Shown here one piece after another: positions 26,759 to 36,834 of a stretch of 51,660 nt of DNA. The stretch lies in the IMG/VR virus record IMGVR_UViG_3300029309_000064, positions 1-51,660 of that record. One strand, given 5' to 3'. The position numbers and the translations under genes were made by a program. The stretch's first letter is position 1; each line of letters begins with the position of its first letter. The DNA is from a virus. Lineage: Duplodnaviria; Caudoviricetes. The notes under the pieces were generated by a model. That model was not told where the DNA came from and did no database searches. It was given only the letters and a program-made list of their open reading frames with translations.

Positions 26759-27251
26759 AAAGTCTTGGCAAGAAGGTAGAGAAGCTGAAAAAATATTTAT
26801 CGAAAGAAGAGGTAATAACTTTATCAGAAGGGCTAGTAAAGAAGAAGACATCCATGAACATTGGGATGTTCTAGATAGTGAACTAGGAAGGATAGATATA
26901 AAAGCAGCAAAACGTAAGTATAGACATGGTAGTGTTGACGGTACAGTTTGGTGGGAACTTAGGACGGTAAAGCGTCCCCCTAAAGGCGAATCAAAAGAAG
27001 GCTGGGGAGTGCCTAACGGTATTGATAGGCTTATTGCTGTTAAGATAGAAGATAATTTTTATCTAGTCAAACCAGAGAAAATAATAGAAGATTTACGTGG
27101 GAGATGCAAAGAATATTATCGTGGTGAGTTTGGATTACATTCAAGGCCAGGAAGAGGAGATTTAATGACTATACTACCACATGAGTACGTTATAGAAAAT
27201 GCAACTTGTATTGTAGGGGCATCATCGGAGGTTAAACCATGTATAAATTAA
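26748..27251 (+). CDS. PD-(D/E)XK nuclease-like protein (167 aa)
   Basis: G.EAE..F, HWD, IDIK and WELR motifs. Confidence 0.6.
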   Translation: MKYKKSWQEGREAEKIFIERRGNNFIRRASKEEDIHEHWDVLDSELGRIDIKAAKRKYRHGSVDGTVWWELRTVKRPPKGESKEGWGVPNGIDRLIAVKIEDNFYLVKPEKIIEDLRGRCKEYYRGEFGLHSRPGRGDLMTILPHEYVIENATCIVGASSEVKPCIN

Positions 27252-27562
27252 TAGCAGCACTGTTTGTGCTTGCAGGTACAGCACACGCAGGTCAACTACA
27301 AAATAAACCTGTCTTATGTGGTAGTGGTGCAGAAGTTTTTGCTACTATTGAACTAGGAGAACAACAACTAATTTATAAAGCAACGCAAGTCACTACAGTA
27401 AGATCTCTTAACGGCGTTGCTCCCGATCCAGTTCTTTTACCTATGTCCATCTTTATGAATTTAGATAAAAAAACTTATACTGTTTTAGAGTATCATCCTA
27501 GCTACAATATGTACTGCATTATAAGTTTTGGCAATCAAGGAGAGTTTGCCAGTGAAGATTAA
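27239..27562 (+). CDS. Exported hypothetical protein (107 aa)
   Basis: Signal peptide MYKLIAALFVLAGTAHA; two Cys. Confidence 0.6.
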   Translation: MYKLIAALFVLAGTAHAGQLQNKPVLCGSGAEVFATIELGEQQLIYKATQVTTVRSLNGVAPDPVLLPMSIFMNLDKKTYTVLEYHPSYNMYCIISFGNQGEFASED

Positions 27563-28298
27563 AGCAACATATATAAATCATATGGGCAATGATATTACAG
27601 TAGTAAACGCTGCTCGTGTGTCTTTTGGTAAAAGATCAGGAATGATTTGTGTAGATAATGTACTAGGCAAATGGGAGCTTGAAGAAAAAGATAGTAAATT
27701 AATATATTATCTTGCCAAGCACAAACATATGTCACCGTTTGGTCACTGCTTTGTTACCTTTCATGTAAAGGCTCCTATCTTTGTAGCACGTCAACTAGTC
27801 AAGCATAAATTCTTGCGATGGAATGAGATTAGTAGAAGGTATGTTGACAGTGAGCCTGAGTTTTATGTCCCTGAGTTTCGTGAAGCAGTTGCAGATAAAA
27901 AACAGGGATCAGGAGATACTTTAAACTCTGAAAATTTAAGAATACGTTTTGAAAGAGATATGGTAAGTTTTAAACATAAGTACGGGTATCTATTACACCA
28001 AAAGGTTTGTCCAGAGCAAGCACGTATGGTACTACCACAGTCTACCATGACTGAGTGGTACTGGTCAGGTAGCCTTGATGCCTTTGCTGATATGTGTAAT
28101 TTGCGCTGTGCTTCTGATACACAACACGAAACACGCATAGTTGCTACGCAGATTAGTGCTAAGATGCTTAACCTGTTTCCTGTATCGTGGAATGCTTTGG
28201 TAAAAGTTAGTGAACATCAAGCAGAAAAGATGACTGACTTTACAGTATCTCCAAAAGATATATGGAAAGATGGTGATGGAGGGGAGTTGTTTGTATGA
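27552..28298 (+). CDS. thyX: Flavin-dependent thymidylate synthase
   Basis: [19 protein letters not shown]...[15 protein letters not shown]; GTG start at 27552 likely. Confidence 0.93.
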   Translation: MKIKATYINHMGNDITVVNAARVSFGKRSGMICVDNVLGKWELEEKDSKLIYYLAKHKHMSPFGHCFVTFHVKAPIFVARQLVKHKFLRWNEISRRYVDSEPEFYVPEFREAVADKKQGSGDTLNSENLRIRFERDMVSFKHKYGYLLHQKVCPEQARMVLPQSTMTEWYWSGSLDAFADMCNLRCASDTQHETRIVATQISAKMLNLFPVSWNALVKVSEHQAEKMTDFTVSPKDIWKDGDGGELFV

Positions 28299-29320
28299 GA
28301 CTAGAGAATGAAATTAAACTAGACTTTAAAGACGTTCTAATAAGACCAAAGCGAAGCACCCTTGGTAGTCGCAAGCAAGTTGAATTAACTAGAGATTTTA
28401 AGTTTAAAAATTCTCTTGGGGGGTATCAAGGTATACCCATAATGGCTGCTAACATGGATGGCGTTGGTACTTTTGAAATGGCAAGAGCTTTAAAAGAACT
28501 TGGTCTGTTTACTTGTTTAGTTAAGACATACACACCTGAAGAGATCATTGACTTTTTTAAAAGTGATCAACGATTATATCAAAGCGTAGCTGTAAGCATC
28601 GGTATCACTGATGCTGATCTGGTAAAGTGGCACGAGGTTTATTCTCAAGAGCACAGTGTAAAATATGTTTGTATTGATGTTGCTAACGGTTACAGTGAAA
28701 ACTTTGTAGGTTTTGTAAAAGAGTTTAGAGATAGATACCCTGAGATAGTTATCATAGCAGGTAATGTAGTCACTGGTGAAATGACAGAAGAATTAATACT
28801 AAGTGGTGCTGACATAGTTAAAGTTGGTATTGGTCCTGGTTCAGTTTGTACAACAAGAATACAAACAGGTGTTGGCTACCCACAACTGTCAGCTATAATA
28901 GAGTGTGCTGATGCTGCTCATGGTCTTGGTGGTTTAGTTATTGCTGACGGTGGTTGTACCTGTGCTGGTGATGTTGCAAAGGCTTTTGGTGCAGGTGCAG
29001 ACTATGTAATGCTTGGTGGTATGTTTGCTGGTCACGATGAAGGTGGCTCTGAAATAATAGATGGCAAGGTTCAGTTCTACGGCATGAGTTCTAAAGCTGC
29101 TAATGACAAACACTTTGGTGGGCTAAAAGAATACAGAGCATCTGAAGGTAGGGATGTTCAGATACCACACAAAGGAAAAATATCGGGTACGGTTCAAGAA
29201 ATACTTGGTGGTCTTCGATCTTCTTGTACTTATGTAGGTGCAAAAAGTTTAAAGAATTTAAGTAAGTGTACAACTTTTATTAGATGTACCCAGACACACA
29301 ACTCTGTTTTTGTAAAGTAA
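28295..29320 (+). CDS. guaC: GMP reductase
   Basis: [50 protein letters not shown]. Confidence 0.93.
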   Translation: MRLENEIKLDFKDVLIRPKRSTLGSRKQVELTRDFKFKNSLGGYQGIPIMAANMDGVGTFEMARALKELGLFTCLVKTYTPEEIIDFFKSDQRLYQSVAVSIGITDADLVKWHEVYSQEHSVKYVCIDVANGYSENFVGFVKEFRDRYPEIVIIAGNVVTGEMTEELILSGADIVKVGIGPGSVCTTRIQTGVGYPQLSAIIECADAAHGLGGLVIADGGCTCAGDVAKAFGAGADYVMLGGMFAGHDEGGSEIIDGKVQFYGMSSKAANDKHFGGLKEYRASEGRDVQIPHKGKISGTVQEILGGLRSSCTYVGAKSLKNLSKCTTFIRCTQTHNSVFVK

Positions 29321-29334
29321 AAGGATGCTAGTCA

Positions 29335-29529
29335 GTGTTACCTAGAGAAGCTGCACAGATAGAAGCAGAAAAAACATATGCTGAGTTTATAAGATGGACA
29401 AAGATTGCATGTAAGTGGATTGCAATAACGCTATTTGTGGTTGTGGTTGGTTGTAATAACGGTGTTGAAACAGATAAGGATGCAACAGGAAGTAAATACA
29501 ATGGTGAAGTATATGACCCAAGAATATAG
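29335..29529 (+). CDS. Small membrane protein (64 aa)
   Basis: AEKTYAEFIRWTK followed by a hydrophobic segment. Confidence 0.5.
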   Translation: MLPREAAQIEAEKTYAEFIRWTKIACKWIAITLFVVVVGCNNGVETDKDATGSKYNGEVYDPRI

Positions 29530-29674
29530 AAAAGATATACGTCCCATGACAGAAGAGGAAAGACAAAGAGCAAAGGAAAAAGAAGCTTACAACACAGTTG
29601 GATTTAACTTATGTGTTAGCTGTGGCTGTCCTACACCTAACACTTGGTGTGAGTTTTGTTTGATGGAGGAATGA
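29501..29674 (+). CDS. Small zinc-finger protein (about 57 aa)
   Basis: CVSC...CEFC; ATG at 29501 after AGGA. Confidence 0.55.
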   Translation: MVKYMTQEYRKDIRPMTEEERQRAKEKEAYNTVGFNLCVSCGCPTPNTWCEFCLMEE

Positions 29675-30894
29675 TGGAGTTAGCATTAATAAGAACCCTT
29701 ATGGACAAGGAGTTCTACGACAATAACAAAGGTATCAGGACGCCTGATAATCTATTTAGTAAAGATGTGCGTGGCATTAAGAGAACCTTAGACTACGCTA
29801 TGGAAACATATGAGAGGAGTATAACACCTGCAGAACTAGAAGGATTATTCTTTACACACAACGTCTTAACTACAGCGAATAAAGATTCGTACAGAGAGTT
29901 GTTCAAGAAGATAAACACAGCAGAACCTATGGCATCTGACATTGCACAGGAAGTTATGGGTAACTTATTTCAGAAGTTAGTAGGAGAGGAGATAGCAAAC
30001 TTAGGTATTAAGTATGTCAACGGTGTAGAGAATACACTGGAGCCTGTGCGTAAGATAATAGAAGACTATCAGGATGACTTCATGCCTAACCTCAAGATTG
30101 ATTGGGGTGACATATCTATAGATAGTCTACTAGAAAAGGCTGACATCCAAGCTAAGTGGAAATTTAACATACCATCACTTAAAAGACGCATAGAAGGTGT
30201 GTCAGGTGGGCATTTAGTTTTGGTAGGCGCAAGGCCAAATACAGGCAAGACATCATTCCATGCTTCTATTATAGCGTCTGATGGTGGGTTTGCTAGGCAG
30301 GGTGCGAAGTGTATAGTTTTATGTAATGAAGAATCCTATGATCGTGTAGGTGCTAGGTATCTAAGTGCTGCATCCAACCTATCTATGGAGGAGGTCAAAG
30401 GTAACTACGCTCTAGCGGCAACAAGGTACAAACCAGTGCACGATAACATCAAGATTAAGGATAGTACAGGTAAAGATATGCGCTGGGTTGAAGCTGTAGT
30501 AAAAGCATACCAGCCTGACATCTTAGTGCTAGACATGGGTGATAAGTTTGCTAGTAAAGGTAACGCTGACTCACATGTGTACTTAAAGGACGCAGCTATA
30601 CACGCACGTAACATAGCCAAGCAGTACGACTGTGCTATTATATGGATGTCACAACTGTCTGCTGATGCTGAAGGTAAAGTATACGTAGATCAATCTATGA
30701 TGGAGGGTAGTAAGACAGGTAAGGCAGCAGAGAGTGACTTGATGATCTTGATATCTAAGAACCCACAAGTAGAGGGCCAAGATGAACAAGATCCACAAAG
30801 ACACTTAAACATAGCTAAGAATAAACTACGTGGTGGATGGCATGGTGTTGTACACTGTGAGTTGGATGGTAGTAGATCAAGGTATACAGCATGA
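29671..30894 (+). CDS. SF4 (DnaB-like) replicative helicase
   Basis: Walker A GARPNTGKT, ILVLD, SQL and AKNK motifs. Confidence 0.9.
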   Translation: MMELALIRTLMDKEFYDNNKGIRTPDNLFSKDVRGIKRTLDYAMETYERSITPAELEGLFFTHNVLTTANKDSYRELFKKINTAEPMASDIAQEVMGNLFQKLVGEEIANLGIKYVNGVENTLEPVRKIIEDYQDDFMPNLKIDWGDISIDSLLEKADIQAKWKFNIPSLKRRIEGVSGGHLVLVGARPNTGKTSFHASIIASDGGFARQGAKCIVLCNEESYDRVGARYLSAASNLSMEEVKGNYALAATRYKPVHDNIKIKDSTGKDMRWVEAVVKAYQPDILVLDMGDKFASKGNADSHVYLKDAAIHARNIAKQYDCAIIWMSQLSADAEGKVYVDQSMMEGSKTGKAAESDLMILISKNPQVEGQDEQDPQRHLNIAKNKLRGGWHGVVHCELDGSRSRYTA

Positions 30895-32933
30895 GAAGAG
30901 TTCTTGATGTAGAAAACTCTATCACTTTACGTGATGGTAAGATACACAACGATCCATTTGAACCTAGTAACACACTTACACAGGTGGGTGTGCTTTGCTT
31001 AGATACACAACAGCAGTCTCTGCTTTGCTTTGACCATCAAGAAAAAAATAACTCAGAAGACAACAAGTGTAAACTACAGAGGTGGCTTGACTCTACCACG
31101 CTACTAATAGGACACAACTTGCAGTATGACTTGTCATGGTTGTGGGCTAGTGGATTTACTTATGATGGCGACATATATGATACCATGCTGGCTGAGTATC
31201 TGCTTTTGCGTGGACAAAAAGAACCTTTGAGTTTAGAGCAATGCGCCCAGCGCAGACAGTTAGAGTATCAGAAGGATGATACACTAAAGTCTTATTACAA
31301 AAAAGGATATAACACAAATGAAATACCCTTGGATGAACTTAGCTATTATTTGTCTTGCGATCTTCTTAGTACTGGTGAGTTGTACAAATCCATTGAAAAA
31401 GACTATCAAGACCCTGCCTCAACTTCCCTATATAACGTCAGAGACATTACCTTCCGCACCTGCAAGTCCCTTGCCAGAATGTACATGCGAGGGTTCAGGG
31501 TGGATACTACCGCCCTCAAACATGTCCGTGATGAGTTCCAACGAGAGCGAAACGAAATCGAAGATAGATTGCAGGAGCAAGTGCGAACACTCATGGGAGG
31601 AACACCCATAAACTTAAACTCACCAGAACAACTATCTCAAGTTTTCTTTAGTAGAAGAATACACAACAAGAAAGAGTGGGCTGACTTGTTTGAGTTTGCA
31701 GGTACACTTAAAAACTTCCAAGATATAGTAGAGAAGAACAGTGATCTTATCTTGAAGACATACGCTGTGACATGCCCTACCTGTAAAGGTAAGGGAAAAA
31801 CATATAAAGTAAGGAAGGATGGCACAAAGTATGCCAAACCTAATAAATGTAAGGACTGTGATGCAAGAGGCTATCAGCTACGTGAGTTACGAGAGGTTGC
31901 AGGTCTACAGTTTAGAGCGCCTAACAAGTCTTGGATTAGTGCTAACGGTTTTAGCACAGGTAAAGATAAACTAGATGTCCTTATAGCTAATGCAAAAACA
32001 AAAGGTATGAAAGATGCAGAACGATTTATTACGGATGTTAAAAGGCTTTCTGCTATTAGCAGTTATCTCAGTAGCTTTGTGGATGGTATTTCCACCTACA
32101 CTAAAAAAGATGGACTCCTCCACGTTGGACTTACCCAGCATATCACCAGCACAGGTAGATTTTCTGGAAGAAACCCTAACATGCAGAACATGCCAAGAGG
32201 AGGAACCTTCCCTGTAAAGCGTGTGTTTATTTCGCGCTGGGCTGATGGTCACATATTGGAGGCTGACTTTGCCCAGCTTGAGTTTCGCACAGCAGCGTTT
32301 CTTGCACAGGATGACACAGCTATGCAAGAGATAGACACAGGGTTTGATGTACACAGCTACACAGCAAAGGTTATTTCTGATGCAGGGCAACCTACTACTA
32401 GACAGGAAGCCAAAGCTCACACATTTGCACCTCTCTTTGGAGCTACCTCGTATGGCAGAAGTAAAGCAGAGGGTGCGTACTACGAGCACTTTGTAGAGAA
32501 GTACAAAGGTATAGCTAGGTGGCACAAGGAATTAGGTAATGAGGCACTACGCTTTCAAAAGATAACTAACGTAAGTGGTAGGCAATATGCTTTCCCTGAC
32601 GTTACACGTAGAGCGAATGGTAGTGTGTCACACTTTACTAGGATTAAGAACTACCCTGTGCAAGGTTTTGCTACAGGTGATGTAGTACCGCTTGTCTTGA
32701 TAGAATTAGATGCTAGGTTAGAAAAACTACACTCAGGTATAGTTAACAGTGTGCATGATTCTGTAGTTGTAGACGTACACCCAAGCGAAAAAGAATACGT
32801 GGTTGAAATGATAGACACATTGAATGAAGATCTTAATAGTATAGTGGAGGAAGCGTATGGCATAAAAATAAACGTGCCTTTATTACTAGAAGCTAAAATA
32901 GGAAAGAATTGGCTTGACATTAAGGACGTTTAG
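30891..32933 (+). CDS. polA: Family A DNA polymerase with 3'-5' exonuclease and inserted DnaJ-type zinc finger
   Basis: Exo DVE, GHNLQYD; TGRFS, ADFAQLEFR, KAHTFAPLFG, NYPVQG, VHDS; insert CPTCKGKG...CKDCDARG. Confidence 0.95.
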   Translation: MRRVLDVENSITLRDGKIHNDPFEPSNTLTQVGVLCLDTQQQSLLCFDHQEKNNSEDNKCKLQRWLDSTTLLIGHNLQYDLSWLWASGFTYDGDIYDTMLAEYLLLRGQKEPLSLEQCAQRRQLEYQKDDTLKSYYKKGYNTNEIPLDELSYYLSCDLLSTGELYKSIEKDYQDPASTSLYNVRDITFRTCKSLARMYMRGFRVDTTALKHVRDEFQRERNEIEDRLQEQVRTLMGGTPINLNSPEQLSQVFFSRRIHNKKEWADLFEFAGTLKNFQDIVEKNSDLILKTYAVTCPTCKGKGKTYKVRKDGTKYAKPNKCKDCDARGYQLRELREVAGLQFRAPNKSWISANGFSTGKDKLDVLIANAKTKGMKDAERFITDVKRLSAISSYLSSFVDGISTYTKKDGLLHVGLTQHITSTGRFSGRNPNMQNMPRGGTFPVKRVFISRWADGHILEADFAQLEFRTAAFLAQDDTAMQEIDTGFDVHSYTAKVISDAGQPTTRQEAKAHTFAPLFGATSYGRSKAEGAYYEHFVEKYKGIARWHKELGNEALRFQKITNVSGRQYAFPDVTRRANGSVSHFTRIKNYPVQGFATGDVVPLVLIELDARLEKLHSGIVNSVHDSVVVDVHPSEKEYVVEMIDTLNEDLNSIVEEAYGIKINVPLLLEAKIGKNWLDIKDV

Positions 32934-32942
32934 TGGTATAAC
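32914..32942 (+). promoter_or_regulatory. Sigma70 promoter TTGACA-17-TATAAC
   Basis: TTGACA 32914-32919, TATAAC 32937-32942. Confidence 0.7.
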
Positions 32943-32974
32943 TAAGACTCTTTTAATATTGAAAGGAAAACAAT

Positions 32975-33826
32975 ATGAGTACAGAAGTTGCACTTAGTGT
33001 AGACAACATGAACCTAGCTGACGCTATGGGTTTCTCAGCGTCTGCAGCAAGTGGTGGTAGTGGTTCTAACTTACACAGGATTACTGCTACTGTAATACAG
33101 GAAGTACATCCAGACACAAACAAGATTGTATCATCCCCTGTATTTAAGATTAGAAAAGATGAAGATGAGTTCTATTCTCGTGAGATAGAGATACGTCTTT
33201 TTGCAGAACGCCAACGCTGGCAGAAGTGGGACAGTGAAAATAATACCTTCCAAAAAACTGTCATGTCTACTAACTTAAATACAGACTTGAAGGATACTTT
33301 AGGTACGTTTAATTTGGGTAGACCTACTGGTTACATCAAAGACTTTAATGGTTTACCTGAGACTACAAAAGATATTATTCGTTCTGTTAATCGTGTTAAA
33401 GTTTACATGGGTATGGTTATCTTTTCAGAACCTTTCTATGAGGGTGGTGCTCACGTAGATACATACGATGGTTTTGAAGTACCTTTTATAGCTGATGTTA
33501 AAAACCGTGAGAGTTTGAAATCAATAGACAATGTTGTTGCTAAGTTGATGAACAAGCGCATCTCTCCAGTAGAGCACACTATTACCTTGACAGGTGATGT
33601 CAGAGCCATGCCTAACGGTAATAAGTATGCGGTGATGCAAGCCTCACTCAATGAACTTGTAACCATTGCTAATGGTGACAACGATGTCCTGCAAAACTTT
33701 GTAGATTACGTTAACAACACTAACGATTATATTCTAAAAAAGTGGGATGAAACACACGTAGAGAAACTTGATGACGAGTCTTCAAAGATTGTATCTAATA
33801 TCGTAGACTTGGAGGACTTTGAATAA
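32975..33826 (+). CDS. Probable ssDNA-binding protein (283 aa)
   Basis: Follows the polymerase with its own promoter; acidic C-terminus DLEDFE; function inferred. Confidence 0.5.
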   Translation: MSTEVALSVDNMNLADAMGFSASAASGGSGSNLHRITATVIQEVHPDTNKIVSSPVFKIRKDEDEFYSREIEIRLFAERQRWQKWDSENNTFQKTVMSTNLNTDLKDTLGTFNLGRPTGYIKDFNGLPETTKDIIRSVNRVKVYMGMVIFSEPFYEGGAHVDTYDGFEVPFIADVKNRESLKSIDNVVAKLMNKRISPVEHTITLTGDVRAMPNGNKYAVMQASLNELVTIANGDNDVLQNFVDYVNNTNDYILKKWDETHVEKLDDESSKIVSNIVDLEDFE

Positions 33827-34683
33827 TGCAACACCCTGCTGAACTGTCTATATATTCTTACCTGAGAAAATCTATTGATGGTAAGGCAGGGATGTCACAG
33901 GAAGTTATTGACAAGATAGCTGACGATATTAAAGAAGCCCTACATAAACAGTTTAACTCTGAGAAACGAAAGTTCAAAGTTAGAATGTCAAATGTAGGGC
34001 GTCCTAAATGTCAGCTATGGTTTGATAAGAACAACCCTGATAAAGCAGAACCTCTACCTGCATCATTCAAGATCAACATGGTTATAGGTGATATAGTAGA
34101 GGCTGTGTTTAAAGGATTGCTCAGAGCATCAGGCACAGAGTTTGAAGATAACGATAACGTGACACTCAAGTTGTCAGATAAAGCAAAAATATCTGGTGAG
34201 TATGACATGATACTTGACGGTAAAGTAGATGATGTAAAGTCTGCTTCACCTTGGTCTTTTCAAAATAAGTTTGAGGATTTCCACAGCCTTAACAAAGGTG
34301 ACTCGTTTGGTTACGTATCACAGCTTGTAGGGTACGCTACTGCTGCAGGTAAAGATGTAGGTGGCTGGTGGGTAGTCAACAAAGGCAACGGTGACTTCAA
34401 GTACGTGTCAGCTTCTGAGGTAGATAAAAAAGAAGTGTTAAAAAATATAGAGGATACTTATGATTACTTAGATAAAGATAAACCCTTTGAGCGTTGCTTT
34501 GAGCCTGTACCAGAAACATATCGTGGTAAAGCCAGCGGCAACTACAAGTTAAGTAAAACGTGTGGCTTCTGCTCACACAAAAAGAAATGTTGGCCTACAC
34601 TTAGAGCATTACCTTCTCAGGTATATAGTGGAAAGCTAACACCCCCAACAGTAGAATATGTCAGTTTATGGAGTGATAGATAA
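33826..34683 (+). CDS. Cas4-like PD-(D/E)XK exonuclease
   Basis: RMSNVGRPKCQLW, GEYD, DDVKS, QLVGY, C..C.....C. Confidence 0.8.
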   Translation: MQHPAELSIYSYLRKSIDGKAGMSQEVIDKIADDIKEALHKQFNSEKRKFKVRMSNVGRPKCQLWFDKNNPDKAEPLPASFKINMVIGDIVEAVFKGLLRASGTEFEDNDNVTLKLSDKAKISGEYDMILDGKVDDVKSASPWSFQNKFEDFHSLNKGDSFGYVSQLVGYATAAGKDVGGWWVVNKGNGDFKYVSASEVDKKEVLKNIEDTYDYLDKDKPFERCFEPVPETYRGKASGNYKLSKTCGFCSHKKKCWPTLRALPSQVYSGKLTPPTVEYVSLWSDR

Positions 34684-34895
34684 TGACAACAGTAGTAATT
34701 GATGAAGTAGAGTACGATACAGAGAACTTTACAGAAGAGCAAAACAATATGGTAGCTGAGTTGCAATACAATGCAAACATGCAACGTCAACTTACCTATC
34801 AATTAAGTACACTTAAAGCAGTAGGTGAGATCTTAGCATCTCGTGTTAAACAATCCTTAACAGAGAAGAAGGATGACAAAGAAGAGACGTCATAA
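34683..34895 (+). CDS. Hypothetical coiled-coil protein (70 aa)
   Basis: IDEVEYD..NFTEEQ motif. Confidence 0.6.
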   Translation: MTTVVIDEVEYDTENFTEEQNNMVAELQYNANMQRQLTYQLSTLKAVGEILASRVKQSLTEKKDDKEETS

Positions 34896-35316
34896 CTCAA
34901 GAAGGTATCGCAGTGGGCTAGAACGTGAAGTCGCTGCGTTCCTAAAAAATAATCAAACTAGAGTCAGGTATGAGGTTTTAAAGATAGAGTGGGAAGACCT
35001 ACGATACAGAACTTACACACCTGACTTTATTTTGGACAATGGTATAATAATAGAAACGAAAGGTATCTTTGACAGTGAAGACAGAAGGAAGCACATAGAG
35101 ATACGTAAGCAACACCCTGAGTTAGATATACGGTTTGTGTTTAGTAACTCTATGGCAAAACTTTACAAAGGTGCTAAGTCAAGGTACTACAACTGGTGTG
35201 ACAAGAATGAGTTTCTTTGGGCGCATCGTGTTATACCTGAAGCTTGGTTAAAAGAAAAGGGAAGACCAACAAAGTTAAAAGTTATACCGTTTAAAGGTAC
35301 AAAAAGGAAAACGTAA
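34873..35316 (+). CDS. T7 endonuclease I-like Holliday junction resolvase
   Basis: YRSGLE, YTPDF, IETKG, LDIRFVF. Confidence 0.9.
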   Translation: MTKKRRHNSRRYRSGLEREVAAFLKNNQTRVRYEVLKIEWEDLRYRTYTPDFILDNGIIIETKGIFDSEDRRKHIEIRKQHPELDIRFVFSNSMAKLYKGAKSRYYNWCDKNEFLWAHRVIPEAWLKEKGRPTKLKVIPFKGTKRKT

Positions 35317-35660
35317 TGCCTTACACAGTGAAGGACGATGAAGTAGCAATACTTTTAAGACCTGCAAGTTTTGATACAGACGGAGAATGGACAGGTGAGT
35401 TAGAAACAAGCTTGGCTTGTGGCGCAATGGTACAGACAGACATGGAAACTATGGGGTATTTAGTTCACTTAGCTACATTAATGGGTACATTTTTATCAAT
35501 GGCTCAAGATGATGAAAATCTGTATGCATCAGTAGCAGAAAGAAGAGACTACATGATAAGCCTTGACAAACAAAATGAATCGGTGTATGAAAGGGTAGAG
35601 GGAACTGATGGTAAGGTTCTTAAACTTACTAAGTGGACTAAAACAGAGGGTAATGCATGA
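35316..35660 (+). CDS. Hypothetical protein (114 aa)
   Basis: Coupled ORF ending KTEGNA. Confidence 0.65.
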   Translation: MPYTVKDDEVAILLRPASFDTDGEWTGELETSLACGAMVQTDMETMGYLVHLATLMGTFLSMAQDDENLYASVAERRDYMISLDKQNESVYERVEGTDGKVLKLTKWTKTEGNA

Positions 35661-35890
35661 CTAATATTGATCCAGTAAACAAACCTATACACTATAATCA
35701 AGCAGGTATAGAGTGTATTGATGCTATTGAAGCTATGACAGAAAATATGTCAGGGTATATAGCACCTCAAGCAGCTAACGTACTGAAGTATATATGGCGT
35801 TGTGAATACAAGAACGGCTTAGAAGATATAGACAAGGCAATATGGTATCTACAAAGGATGAAAAAAAGGTGGATGGAGTTTCACAAATGA
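35657..35890 (+). CDS. DUF3310 family (T7 gp1.7-like nucleotide kinase domain)
   Basis: DPVNKPIHY...IECIDAI...KYIWR...KNGLEDIDKA.WY. Confidence 0.85.
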   Translation: MTNIDPVNKPIHYNQAGIECIDAIEAMTENMSGYIAPQAANVLKYIWRCEYKNGLEDIDKAIWYLQRMKKRWMEFHK

Positions 35891-36060
35891 TACAGAAAAA
35901 GTTTAGTGTTACATTTGTATTGAAGGTACAAGAAGATAACAATATATTTTCTTCTGTAGAAGAGGCACACGAGGATGATATATATGATTTAGTACACAAT
36001 ACTTTTCACGATATAGATGACGTGGAACTAGATAATTTAAACGTTAAGGAGAGATGGTAA
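35887..36060 (+). CDS. Small acidic protein (57 aa)
   Basis: ATGA overlap, GGAG RBS. Confidence 0.55.
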   Translation: MIQKKFSVTFVLKVQEDNNIFSSVEEAHEDDIYDLVHNTFHDIDDVELDNLNVKERW

Positions 36061-36061
36061 A

Positions 36062-36424
36062 ATGCTCAGTCAAGATGATATTGATGCTTTCAAAAGACTC
36101 AACGATGTAGATTACTTAATGAATGAGTATCAAAGTATGGCTGCGGCAACAGCTATATATGATAAAAAACATCAAGTAATATACCCAGCGCTGGGTTTGG
36201 CTGCAGAAGCAGGAGAGGTAGCTAACAAAGTAAAAAAGATTTTACGTGATGGTAAGTTTGACCGTGAAGGTATATCAGATGAAATTGGAGATTGTCTGTG
36301 GTACATTGCAGCGTTATGCCGTGACTTAAACGTAGACTTATCAGAGATAGCTAAAAATAATATTAACAAGTTGCGTGATCGTAAGGAAAGAGGTACGTTA
36401 AAGGGAAGCGGAGATAAACGGTGA
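36062..36424 (+). CDS. mazG: MazG-like nucleotide pyrophosphohydrolase
   Basis: LGLAAEAGEV..KVKK..RD, EIGDCLWY, KL.DR..RG...GSGD.R. Confidence 0.9.
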   Translation: MLSQDDIDAFKRLNDVDYLMNEYQSMAAATAIYDKKHQVIYPALGLAAEAGEVANKVKKILRDGKFDREGISDEIGDCLWYIAALCRDLNVDLSEIAKNNINKLRDRKERGTLKGSGDKR

Positions 36425-36834
36425 GTATCATAAGTCGAATACCAGAGTTTTATGTAAGTCACTGGCTACTACGAATACCCCTTATAATTATTTTCTTTCA
36501 ACAAGGAATGGATAAACTACCTATAGATCTAGAAACAGCAGAATCATTTGATTTACCGTACTTAGTTTGGTGGTTTGTAGCATGGGGTGAGTTGGGTGCT
36601 TCCATCGGATTAATGTTTGGTGGCTTGGCACACATTGATGGTCTAAAGGATTGGATTGCAAAGTGTGGTGATATGCTTACACGTTTTAGTGGATTCACAA
36701 TTGGATGTATTATGACAGGTGTTATATGGATAGCTAAACCAGAAAGTCTACTAGACGTTTTGTTATATGACCACTTTCATTTACTGCTTTGGGTAGGTGG
36801 TTTATTTTTTGCATTGAGAGGAAACAGAATATGA
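36421..36834 (+). CDS. DoxX family membrane protein
   Basis: WLLRIPL..IF.QQG..K, VAWGELG, four hydrophobic segments. Confidence 0.7.
   Translation: MSIISRIPEFYVSHWLLRIPLIIIFFQQGMDKLPIDLETAESFDLPYLVWWFVAWGELGASIGLMFGGLAHIDGLKDWIAKCGDMLTRFSGFTIGCIMTGVIWIAKPESLLDVLLYDHFHLLLWVGGLFFALRGNRI

Noticed and set aside
33826-34683. CRISPR-Cas system suggested by the Cas4-like gene
   Set aside because: No repeat-spacer array or other cas genes seen; standalone Cas4-like nucleases are common in phage replication modules
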